DNA of 32,000 nucleotides from Acaryochloris marina S15 (GCF_018336915.1 NZ_CP064923.1:5610001-5642000), one strand, 5' to 3'; numbered from the stretch's first letter, positions 17,412 to 25,437 are shown. The notes: generated from the sequence alone by a model not told the origin. Numbers and translations are program-made.

Positions 17412-17562
17412 GGCTGCTCAAGCCTGCCATCCTATCGTTCTGACAAAATTTGGGAGTTCCAACCATTGCGTTAAGCAATATCCATTTCTGAACGACTCAG
17501 TCAAGCTTGGTCATAATGGTTGTATTCTCTCAAGTGGTTTATAACTAACCATTAGACACATA

Positions 17563-17766
17563 ATGTCGGATTCCATTTTTGCGCTGTTTCTGGGATTTGG
17601 ATTTATCTGGATCATGATGGGTGTGGGAGGTATGGTTTTGCTAATGAAGTCTCAAAACCAACCTCTCCGCTTTAACCGGGATGGCATACTCGTCTTCCTG
17701 CCCATTGTTTTAGTATTTCTGATTGCCCTCAGCTTTGGGGCAGTAGTATTAGCCAAAAGTGGCTAG
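17563..17766 (+). CDS. Small two-TM membrane protein (67 aa)
   Basis: Two clear hydrophobic helices (IFALFLGFGFIWIMMGVGGMVLLM and ILVFLPIVLVFLIALSFGAVVLA). ATG start. No family recognised. Confidence 0.4.
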   Translation: MSDSIFALFLGFGFIWIMMGVGGMVLLMKSQNQPLRFNRDGILVFLPIVLVFLIALSFGAVVLAKSG

Positions 17767-17807
17767 AAAGTAGCATTCTTCCTGAAGGCATGACCTTGGT
17801 GTTACTC

Positions 17808-18479
17808 ATGAAACGTCATATAGATGCTGTGATCTTTGACCTCGATCAAACGCTGCTGGATCGTGAACGGTCTTTACGAGACTTCATCAGTTGGCAATGT
17901 CACAGCATGCTAAGTCCATACCTTGAGAATAAATTGGATTTCATTGCTCGCTTTATCGAGCTAGATGCAAATGGCACCCTTTGGAAAGATAAAGTCTACG
18001 CTGCTCTCATTGATGAGTTCACTTTGACAGAGTGGTCTGTTAATGAGTTGCTGGGCGTCTATGAAACCTGTTTTTGTGCTTTTGCTGTTCCAAGAGAGGG
18101 GGGAATTGAGGCTATTCAACAACTCTCGAAGAAATACAAACTTGGTGTAATCTCCAATGAGATGTCACCCTTTCAGGAACGCAATTTCACAGCGTTGGGA
18201 ATAGCATCATTATTCAAGAGCGTCATCATTTCCCAAGCAGTTGGCCTCCGCAAGCCAGACCCTAAAATCTTTCTGCTTGGGTGCCAAGAACTCGGGGTAT
18301 CTCCGCAAAGAACGATTTACGTTGGAGACAATCCGATCTCGGATATCAACGGTGCAATCAACGCGGGCTTGCATACCATTTTTGTGACAACCGCCTTATA
18401 CCCTGAGTGTAGAAGTGCCCATGGGATTTGTTCAGATCTAAGAAGCCTGCCATCTATTGTGGAAACGCTTGCCGGTTGA
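17808..18479 (+). CDS. HAD-superfamily hydrolase (subfamily IA-like)
   Basis: Motif I VIFDLDQTLLD (DxDxT), motif II GVISNE, motif III RKPDPKIF and motif IV YVGDNPISDINGA. The ORF opens at 17790; ATG 17808 is equally possible. Confidence 0.85.
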   Translation: MKRHIDAVIFDLDQTLLDRERSLRDFISWQCHSMLSPYLENKLDFIARFIELDANGTLWKDKVYAALIDEFTLTEWSVNELLGVYETCFCAFAVPREGGIEAIQQLSKKYKLGVISNEMSPFQERNFTALGIASLFKSVIISQAVGLRKPDPKIFLLGCQELGVSPQRTIYVGDNPISDINGAINAGLHTIFVTTALYPECRSAHGICSDLRSLPSIVETLAG

Positions 18480-18533
18480 AGAATCGGGTAGAACGGTTAC
18501 CAATACAGGTGTGGGTATGAGTTCTGTGCCAAC

Positions 18534-18995
18534 TTAGAAGGTAGATTTCAACATGAAGTCAGCATTGATCTCAAGTTTGGCATCTGGTTTACTGCCGTCA
18601 TAGAAATTGACATCTTGTGTACGGGCCATCCAACAAATTTTGAAGATATTGCTGGATTGAGACAATATCGACACGAGATTATCACGCAAAGGTTGATGTT
18701 CGTAATAGTAGAACAGCGCAGAGCATGCATCTTCGTCATCGTTTGATGTTCCAGGATGCTTGAACTTTTGTCCTACAAGCTTTGAGGCATCAAATTGGGC
18801 CAATTTGATGCCAAGCTCAGCACTGGGCCGGGCCGGGTATACCGATGTATCTGCATTGAAGTGAGCCCCCTCTTCTGTGGCTTCAATTTCAAACCAGAGT
18901 GTGAGATTGTCACTTTCTCTAACCGTGAATAAATGGGCAGATTCAATCGGAAATACTTCAGTACCGTTAAAACGAGTGATGGTTAACTGATTCAT
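18534..18995 (-). CDS. Hypothetical protein (153 aa), unknown family
   Basis: ATG at 18995 (MNQLTITRFNG...); the ORF opens at 19034. It is acidic and soluble, and lies in an AT-rich stretch next to a gene remnant and mazEF. No motif recognised. Confidence 0.5.
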   Translation of the reverse strand: MNQLTITRFNGTEVFPIESAHLFTVRESDNLTLWFEIEATEEGAHFNADTSVYPARPSAELGIKLAQFDASKLVGQKFKHPGTSNDDEDACSALFYYYEHQPLRDNLVSILSQSSNIFKICWMARTQDVNFYDGSKPDAKLEINADFMLKSTF

Positions 18996-19058
18996 GTTCG
19001 TTCTGTAATCTTGACGACCTACTGAAAAGCCCAACTAAACCTGGGTAGAAAGAACACT

Positions 19059-19220
19059 CTAATCAAATAGATGTCTTGCTTCATCAAAAATTGGCAGTTC
19101 ATTGAACCACTTCAAATTTGCGGCCAAACTATGAGGAACTTCAATATCGATACTTTTACTGTCCTGGCCAACTTCACATCTAATTCCCAAAAAGATTTTC
19201 TTCTCGGTTTTATCCTTCTT
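19059..19220 (-). pseudogene. Possible gene remnant: a 53-codon open frame with no ATG
   Basis: Hand translation of the minus strand gives KKDKTEKKIFLGIRCEVGQDSKSIDIEVPHSLAANLKWFNELPIFDEARHLFD*. It is bounded upstream by TAA/TGA stops. The only candidate start is a TTG at 19190. It looks protein-like but truncated. Confidence 0.25.
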
Positions 19221-19313
19221 TTATCACTTTAGATAACTGAAAAATAGAATATTCTGAGTTTTTATGTTTCTGATGAGTGATGTCAAATTCAAGCTGTACT
19301 GGCTATATCCAGT

Positions 19314-19643
19314 CTATTCAGCAAACATTTCAGTCAAGATCGATAAGAGCATTTGCTGCTCATCTTGATTGATCTGACCTAGCTTTTTGACTAATCGTTT
19401 TTTATCAACTGTGCGAATTTTATCCAAAACAATTTGTCCATCTTTTCCCTGAAATTGGCAAGCAACACGCGTTGGATATTGCCTTCCTTTTGTGGTCATG
19501 GGAGCGATGATCACTGTGGCAATGTATTGGTTCATCTCGTTAGGAGAGATCACAATACACGGTCGCGTCTTCTGAATTTCACTCTCTACTGTCGGATCGA
19601 GGTTAACTAGAAACACATCAAAACGCTTGACTACCACTCCCAT
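19314..19643 (-). CDS. mazF: Type II toxin-antitoxin system toxin, PemK/MazF family endoribonuclease
   Basis: FDVFLVNLDPTVESEIQKTRPCIVISPNEMN...VIIAPMTTKGRQYPTRV is the canonical PemK/MazF pattern. It overlaps the upstream antitoxin gene by 13 nt. Confidence 0.9.
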   Translation of the reverse strand: MGVVVKRFDVFLVNLDPTVESEIQKTRPCIVISPNEMNQYIATVIIAPMTTKGRQYPTRVACQFQGKDGQIVLDKIRTVDKKRLVKKLGQINQDEQQMLLSILTEMFAE

Positions 19644-19891
19644 TCAGTATCATCCCAGTCGGTAGTGTTGACTTCATCTAAAAACACATCGTCATGATGT
19701 TGGGCCATGGAAGCAAAAGCTGCATCCCACCCAGCACGAGAACATTCAGCAGTACGAATGGTTAAGCAGTCTCCTTGCACGGTAATCTCAACCTCTCCAT
19801 TGAGACCACTTTGCTCTAATAAAAGCTTGGGAATGCGAATACCCTGGGAGTTGCCAATTTTAACGATGCGGGTCCTAATAGCTGTATCCAT
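19631..19891 (-). CDS. mazE: Type II antitoxin, AbrB/MazE/SpoVT family
   Basis: N-terminal swapped-hairpin motif VKIGNSQGIRIPKLLLEQSGL. The C-terminus is acidic and Trp-rich (DEVNTTDWDDTEWEW). It lies upstream of and overlaps mazF. Confidence 0.88.
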   Translation of the reverse strand: MDTAIRTRIVKIGNSQGIRIPKLLLEQSGLNGEVEITVQGDCLTIRTAECSRAGWDAAFASMAQHHDDVFLDEVNTTDWDDTEWEW

Positions 19892-20010
19892 CTTGGAATG
19901 CTTACAATCATCAACGTGATTACATTGTAGCTACCTAGAAAATTGCTGTCCAGTGACGTGCAAAACGGGCTAAGAGGAATTGGTTTGAGTGTAATCTCAG
20001 CTAAATCTAC

Positions 20011-21219
20011 TCACCATTCTTGGAGTGCGATCGCAACTCCGTCTCGCACATCTTTTTCCACCGTATCGTCTTCTGCTAAAGCCTGGAGCTTAGTGTAGGC
20101 AAGCTCTGAAGAGATTTGTTTGAGGGCTGCGATCGCATGGAGTCTCACCCCCATATCCGCAATCCCTAATAGCCGTATCAATTCTGGTATCGCTGTCGTA
20201 TCACCTAATTGCCCCAGGGCACTGGCAATCGTTTTATTTAAGGTCAGATCCGCACCGGGGTGATGATGCAAACAATAGATCAAAGCCTGAGTAGACACCC
20301 CTTGCAATTCTGGTTGGCGATGGAGGGTTAACGCTTTAATAATCGCTTCTGCTAGGGTCAAATTCTCATCATCAATCACCTGCAGGGCAGACGTTGTATG
20401 GGGCCAAAGCTTCTGTAAAAACCGCACAGACTGGTCATTACCAATCTGGCCCAGGGCCTGAATAATCGTTAGCTTGAAGGGGGCAGGGATATTGTCAGCA
20501 CTAGCCGTCATCCGTAACGCCTGAGCAGCCGTATCAGTACCCAACCGTCCCAGGGCCAACGCCGCCCCTTGGCAGACTTGGACATCCACATCAGTGAGAA
20601 ACGGCTGAATCAACGCCACCGGATCATGATCATGCTCATAGAAGAGGTGAGCACGATAACTAATACTTGCGATCGCAACTTGGCGAACCTGGGCACTTAA
20701 ATCAGCTAATCCCTGGAGTAAGACTGGGATAATTTGTGGATCATGAAATCGGCCAAGCGTTTCGATCACCTGCAGGCGAACCGATGCATCTTCGTCAGCA
20801 ACCGCCTTGATTAAGATCGGCACAATCACTGCATCTTGCATTTGCGACAACGCAGAGACCACCAGCCCCCGAGCAGGGGATGATTCCAGTAATGTGGCTA
20901 ATGCATCTATAGATTGTGGGCCAATTTGGGCCAGCATTTGGGCGGCGATTTCAGCAACATCATCATCATCCGCTTCTTGCAATAGCTGCGTTAATGCCAT
21001 CACGGCATCCGCATGATTAAACTCGCCTAAGATTCGGGCCACAAACCATTGCAGCTCAGGATCATCGGCGTTGTTCTGGAGAAGATCAACCAAAAACGTG
21101 ATTGCTGGTTCTCCAAAGTCAGGAATTTGCTTAGCCGTTTCCCAACGAGATGCGAAATCTCCTTGTTCTAGCTTCGTTAAAACGGATATGAGTTCACTCA
21201 CAGCGGTTGGTGATTGCAT
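20011..21219 (-). CDS. HEAT-repeat (PBS-lyase HEAT-like) protein, divergent from nirA
   Basis: Repeated ~31-aa units of the form D..VR..A..ALG.(I/L)G....(I/V)..L...L throughout, for example DASVRLQVIETLGRF, SAQVRQVAIASI and DMGVRLHAIAALKQI. ATG at 21219, with an alternative TTG at 21252. Confidence 0.8.
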   Translation of the reverse strand: MQSPTAVSELISVLTKLEQGDFASRWETAKQIPDFGEPAITFLVDLLQNNADDPELQWFVARILGEFNHADAVMALTQLLQEADDDDVAEIAAQMLAQIGPQSIDALATLLESSPARGLVVSALSQMQDAVIVPILIKAVADEDASVRLQVIETLGRFHDPQIIPVLLQGLADLSAQVRQVAIASISYRAHLFYEHDHDPVALIQPFLTDVDVQVCQGAALALGRLGTDTAAQALRMTASADNIPAPFKLTIIQALGQIGNDQSVRFLQKLWPHTTSALQVIDDENLTLAEAIIKALTLHRQPELQGVSTQALIYCLHHHPGADLTLNKTIASALGQLGDTTAIPELIRLLGIADMGVRLHAIAALKQISSELAYTKLQALAEDDTVEKDVRDGVAIALQEW

Positions 21220-21262
21220 GCCACTGCTATTCTCTCCAAACTGATTAAACAATTTGTCGATA

Positions 21263-21283
21263 GATATGCAATTTCAGCATATC
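21263..21283. promoter_or_regulatory. Perfect 7-N7-7 palindrome GATATGC-AATTTCA-GCATATC in the nirA/HEAT intergenic region. It is a candidate LysR-type (T-N11-A) operator.
   Basis: Read directly. The arms are exact reverse complements. The core ATATGC-N7-GCATAT recurs at 25267..25289 upstream of the porin gene, with the same distance to an NtcA box. Confidence 0.55.
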
Positions 21284-21318
21284 TGATTTGCAGAAACTAC
21301 ATATAGGCTATCACTTTC

Positions 21319-21360
21319 GTAACGACGGATACGAACGATCGCCATTGGAGTCGCTAAGTT
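21319..21360 (+). promoter_or_regulatory. NtcA-activated (class II-like) nirA promoter: NtcA box GTAACGACGGATAC plus a -10 element TAAGTT
   Basis: A GTA-N8-TAC consensus at 21319..21332, followed after exactly 22 nt by a TAN3T hexamer at 21355..21360. This is the canonical geometry, with the NtcA box centred near -41.5. Confidence 0.75.
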
Positions 21361-21432
21361 AGTATCCCAATCGCAGAAATTGATGATGTTCAATTTTTGA
21401 TTGGTAATGACGCGAGTTCAAAAGGATCAAAC

Positions 21433-23379
21433 GTGAGTAATACCGCCCCAGCCGCGCCCAAAATGAATAAATTTGAGCGCTTCAAAGCGGAAAAAGATGG
21501 TTTGGCAATTCTGCCTGAACTGTCCCACTTTGCCCAGATCGGTTGGGAAGCCATGGATGACACCGACCTCACCCAACGCCTCAAATGGGTTGGATTATTC
21601 TTCCGCCCCGTCACCCCTGGCAAGTTCATGCTGCGGATGCGGATGCCCAACGGTATTCTCAGCGGCGGCCAAATGCGCGTCTTGGCTGAAGTGATTCAGC
21701 AGTATGGCGAAGATGGCTATGCCGATATTACCACTCGCCAAAATATCCAGTTGCGCGGTATTCACATCGAAGATATCCCCGATATTTTTAATCGATTCCA
21801 GCAGGCGGGTTTGACCAGCATGCAATCGGGAATGGACAACGTCCGCAACATTACCGGATCCCCCGTCGCTGGCCTGGATGCCAATGAACTGATTGATACC
21901 CGCGGTCTGGTCCGCAAAGTCCAGGACATGATCACCAATAACAGTCAGGGCAACCCCGCCTTCACCAATCTGCCTCGGAAATTCAACATTGCGATCGCAG
22001 GTGGTCGCGACAACTCCGTCCATGCCGAAATCAATGATATTGCCTTTGTTCCGGCTTACAAAGACGAAAAACTAGGCTTCAACGTTGTCGTCGGTGGCTT
22101 CTTTTCGGCTAAGCGCTGTGCCCCCGCTATTTCAATGAATGTTTGGGTCGATCACACCCAAGTAGTCGATATCAGCGAAGCCATTCTGATTGTTTACCGC
22201 GACAATGGTTCACGGGCCAATCGCCACCAATCTCGGATGATGTGGCTCATCGAAGAATGGGGCGTCGAACGCTTCCGAGCGGCTGTAGAAACCCAGATGG
22301 GTGTCACCCTCCAATCCGAAGCCGACAAAGATGAATTTGACTGGGACAAACGGGACCATATTGGCGTCCATGTCCAGCAACAACCTGGCTTGAACTTTGT
22401 GGGCATGCACGTCCCCGTGGGTCGTCTCTATGCCAACGATATGTTCGAGTTTGCCCGGATGGCCGAAGTCTACGGCAGTGGTGAAATTCGGCTCACCGTT
22501 GAGCAAAATGTCCTCATTCCCAATATTCCCGATTCTCGTCTTGACTCCTTTTTACAAGAGCCTTTGTTAGAGGTCTTCTCCATCAACCCCGATCCCCTCA
22601 CACGGGCCTTGGTGTCCTGTACCGGCAGCCAGTTTTGTAAGTTTGCTCTGATAGAAACCAAAAACCAAGCCGTAGCGGTGATTAATGACCTAGCAGATGA
22701 GCTAGAAGTCCCTAAACCCGTGCGTTTTCACTGGACTGGATGCCCGAATTCCTGTGGTCAACCCCAAGTCGCAGATATTGGCTTAATGGGCACCAAAACC
22801 CGCAAGGATGGCAAGACCGTCGAAGCCGTGGACTTATTCATGGGAGGCAAAGTCGGTAAAGATGCCGTACTCGGTGAAAAAGTCCAGAAAGCCATTCCCT
22901 GTGACGAGCTCAGAGGCGTCTTAAAAGATATTCTCATTCAACAGTTTGACGCTCAACCCCGATCCACTCCCCGCCCATCCCAAGGGATGGCCGGACTTTC
23001 ACGTCAACGCAGTTTGCACGGCACGGTGAGCCAGAACGGTTCTGCGCCCCCTGCTGCTGTCGTTCCGGCAGTAGCGCCTCCTGCACCAGTGGCTACACCC
23101 GCTTCGGCGGCCCAGCCCGCTGTGGTTCAGTTTGCAGCATCTGGCAAGGAGGTCAACTGTGATGACAGCCAATCCATATTAGAAATTGCGGAGGCTGCCG
23201 GAGTTGAGATTGAAAGCAGTTGCCAGTCTGGCAGTTGTGGCACCTGCGTCGCCAAGCTCGTTGAGGGTGAATTCCGATACGAAGCCGATCCAGACGGCTT
23301 AGGAGAAGATGATGCCGCATCAGGGCATATCTTGACCTGTATTGCCTACCCAGTCGGCAAAGTAGTCTTGGATGCCTAG
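21433..23379 (+). CDS. nirA: Ferredoxin-nitrite reductase fused to a C-terminal plant-type [2Fe-2S] ferredoxin domain
   Basis: NKFERFKAEKDGLA N-terminus. Siroheme/4Fe-4S cysteines SCTGSQFC and TGCPNSCGQ. A C-terminal Ala/Pro linker is followed by SSCQSGSCGTC...LTC (C-x4-C-x2-C-x~30-C). The start is ambiguous: GTG 21433 with AAGGA 6 nt upstream, ATG 21463, or the ORF opening at 21397. Confidence 0.93.
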   Translation: MSNTAPAAPKMNKFERFKAEKDGLAILPELSHFAQIGWEAMDDTDLTQRLKWVGLFFRPVTPGKFMLRMRMPNGILSGGQMRVLAEVIQQYGEDGYADITTRQNIQLRGIHIEDIPDIFNRFQQAGLTSMQSGMDNVRNITGSPVAGLDANELIDTRGLVRKVQDMITNNSQGNPAFTNLPRKFNIAIAGGRDNSVHAEINDIAFVPAYKDEKLGFNVVVGGFFSAKRCAPAISMNVWVDHTQVVDISEAILIVYRDNGSRANRHQSRMMWLIEEWGVERFRAAVETQMGVTLQSEADKDEFDWDKRDHIGVHVQQQPGLNFVGMHVPVGRLYANDMFEFARMAEVYGSGEIRLTVEQNVLIPNIPDSRLDSFLQEPLLEVFSINPDPLTRALVSCTGSQFCKFALIETKNQAVAVINDLADELEVPKPVRFHWTGCPNSCGQPQVADIGLMGTKTRKDGKTVEAVDLFMGGKVGKDAVLGEKVQKAIPCDELRGVLKDILIQQFDAQPRSTPRPSQGMAGLSRQRSLHGTVSQNGSAPPAAVVPAVAPPAPVATPASAAQPAVVQFAASGKEVNCDDSQSILEIAEAAGVEIESSCQSGSCGTCVAKLVEGEFRYEADPDGLGEDDAASGHILTCIAYPVGKVVLDA

Positions 23380-23454
23380 TTTAAGTTTGTTTTTGGCTTA
23401 TCGCGTCGTTTTTAGCTGATTTAGTTTTTTCATTCCTGTTTTGGAGAAGAATGC

Positions 23455-25047
23455 ATGTTGACAGAAATGTGGTCGTTTAAGGGCCGCTACAAAATCCTAC
23501 ACATGACTTGGTTTGCGTTTTTCCTGTCCTTCGTGGTCTGGTTTAACTTCCCACCTTTTGCTACCACGATTGGCCAAGAATTTGGGCTCACAAAGCCACA
23601 GCTTGGAACCATTGGTCTATGTAATGTTGCCCTCACGGTCCCTGCCCGCATCATCATTGGCATGGTGTTAGACCGTTATGGACCGCGTTTGACCTACTCT
23701 CTGCTGTTAATGTATGCAGCCATTCCTTGTTTAATTTTTGCTACCGCCCAAGGCTTTACTCAATTGGTGATTGGCCGATTGCTCATGGGTATTGTGGGGG
23801 CAGGATTTGTGATTGGCATCCGCATGACTGCCGAGTGGTTTCCCCCCAAAGAAGTGGGAACAGCAGAAGGCATTTATGGAGGATGGGGTAACTTTGGTTC
23901 TGCCTTCTCCGCCTTTACCATGGTTCTGGTTGCAACTGCCTTAAGCTTCATTCCAGGTGCTTTCAACTTTGGCGAAGCTCAAACCTTTACTGTTTTGGGT
24001 TTATCTTTCTCTAGCTCAGTGTTGAACTGGAGAGCAGCCATTGGCGGCTCGGGTATCATCGCTGCGATTTATGGCTTCATCTACTATGCCAATGTCCAAA
24101 ATACCCCTCCTGGAAAAGTTTATCAACGTCCTAAAAGTGCTCGAGGTCTAGAAGTCACTTCTGTCAGAGACTTCTACTTCCTGATGGTGATGAACATTCC
24201 TTTAACTGCCATTTTGATGGTACTGGCTTGGCGATTAAATAAAGTCAATTTCTTGACCCCATCCGCCATGTACATTACCTGGGTAGCTCTCTTTGGTCTC
24301 TATGCTTTCCAGTCTTACAACTGCTGGAGTGCCAATAAAGACTTGCTCTCAGGCCGGAAGCGCTATGCTCCTGAAGACCGCTATAAGTTTAAGCAAGTTG
24401 CCATCTTAGAACTGACTTACATTGTTAATTTTGGTTCTGAACTAGCTGTTGTAACTATGCTCCCTGCTTTCTTTGAAGGAACCTTTGGCCTCGACAAAGC
24501 CATGGCCGGTATTATTGCTTCTAGCTATGCCTTTATGAACCTGGTTTCCCGACCTGGTGGCGGTATTATCTCTGACAAAATGGGTAGCCGAAAGTGGACG
24601 ATGGTTATTCTCACGGGCGGCATGGGCATTGGTTATCTACTCATGAGCCAAGTCACCAGCAATTGGTGGCTACCCGCAGCCGTACTATTGACAATGGCCT
24701 GTTCCTTCTTCGTCCAAGCCTCCGAAGGATCTACCTTCGCGATTGTGCCTTTAGTTAAGCGCAGAGTCACAGGTCAAATCGCTGGCAACGTCGGCGCTTA
24801 CGGTAATGTTGGCGCTGTTGCCTACCTCACCACTCGCCTGCTATTCGTAGATGGAGCTGGTGCAACTCCCAATATGGCTGCTGTGAACTCTAGCTTTTTC
24901 CAGGTTCTAGGAACTACCGGTTTGATTGTCGCTTTCCTCTGTATCTTTTTCCTAGAAGAGCCTCAAGGCTCTTTTGCTGAAAGTCATGAAGGGGAAGAAA
25001 CATCAACTAATAGCCCTGTAGGGATCAAATATCCAACTACTCCATAG
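23455..25047 (+). CDS. nrtP: MFS nitrate/nitrite permease (NrtP/NapA, NarK family)
   Basis: A 12-TM MFS profile with NarK-type conserved segments (GGWGNFG and GNVGAYGNVGA). It sits between nirA and narB, 75 nt after nirA. Confidence 0.88.
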   Translation: MLTEMWSFKGRYKILHMTWFAFFLSFVVWFNFPPFATTIGQEFGLTKPQLGTIGLCNVALTVPARIIIGMVLDRYGPRLTYSLLLMYAAIPCLIFATAQGFTQLVIGRLLMGIVGAGFVIGIRMTAEWFPPKEVGTAEGIYGGWGNFGSAFSAFTMVLVATALSFIPGAFNFGEAQTFTVLGLSFSSSVLNWRAAIGGSGIIAAIYGFIYYANVQNTPPGKVYQRPKSARGLEVTSVRDFYFLMVMNIPLTAILMVLAWRLNKVNFLTPSAMYITWVALFGLYAFQSYNCWSANKDLLSGRKRYAPEDRYKFKQVAILELTYIVNFGSELAVVTMLPAFFEGTFGLDKAMAGIIASSYAFMNLVSRPGGGIISDKMGSRKWTMVILTGGMGIGYLLMSQVTSNWWLPAAVLLTMACSFFVQASEGSTFAIVPLVKRRVTGQIAGNVGAYGNVGAVAYLTTRLLFVDGAGATPNMAAVNSSFFQVLGTTGLIVAFLCIFFLEEPQGSFAESHEGEETSTNSPVGIKYPTTP

Positions 25048-25094
25048 ATAGATATCCATCTTTAACGGATATCAAAATTCAGGTTACTCTTGGC

Positions 25095-25137
25095 AAAAAC
25101 GAGAGATTTGTACAATCTACAAATCTCTCGTTTTTTG
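25095..25137 (+). terminator. Rho-independent terminator after nrtP
   Basis: A perfect 13-bp stem CGAGAGATTTGTA / TACAAATCTCTCG (25100..25130) with a 5-nt loop, followed by TTTTTT. An A-tract upstream makes it potentially bidirectional. Confidence 0.8.
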
Positions 25138-25266
25138 TTGGCAAAAATCTTGTTCATTCATTGAACTAAAGGCTGATAGTAACTCAATAGACTCATAATT
25201 TAGACATCAATTATTTTTAGAGAAAGATTGTTATCTTTACCTCAAGATTTATAAATATGTCCATTT

Positions 25267-25289
25267 TTATATGCGAAAAATGCATATAA
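25267..25289. promoter_or_regulatory. Palindrome TTATATGC-GAAAAAT-GCATATAA upstream of the porin gene. It shares the core of the nirA-upstream palindrome.
   Basis: Read directly: 8-bp perfect arms with a 7-nt spacer. The core ATATGC-N7-GCATAT is identical to that at 21264..21282. Confidence 0.55.
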
Positions 25290-25323
25290 TTTGTGCGAAT
25301 TATTCATATCTTTATCCTTATTT

Positions 25324-25365
25324 GTTCGAAGAGATACAAATCGGGATAGAGGTATTCATTACACT
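25324..25365 (+). promoter_or_regulatory. Putative NtcA-type promoter of the porin gene: GTTCGAAGAGATAC plus -10 TACACT
   Basis: A GTT-N8-TAC box at 25324..25337, one mismatch from GTA-N8-TAC. After exactly 22 nt there is a TAN3T hexamer at 25360..25365. The box centre lies 52.5 bp from the palindrome centre, the same distance as at nirA. Confidence 0.55.
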
Positions 25366-25437
25366 TAGCGGACGCTGAACTTAATTAATATTCTTCAAGT
25401 TCCGCTCAATAATTCGGTGTGAGGTTACTGAAACAAC

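Noticed and set aside
19928-19935. Palindrome GTAGCTAC next to a TACAAT-like -10 upstream of mazE, considered as the autoregulatory operator
   Set aside because: It is plausible, but an 8-bp palindrome alone is weak evidence and there is no second copy to support it.
25179-25192. A second NtcA-like sequence GTAACTCAATAGAC upstream of the porin gene
   Set aside because: The right half is GAC rather than TAC. It also lies upstream of the palindrome, unlike the nirA arrangement. The 25324..25337 box fits the shared geometry much better.
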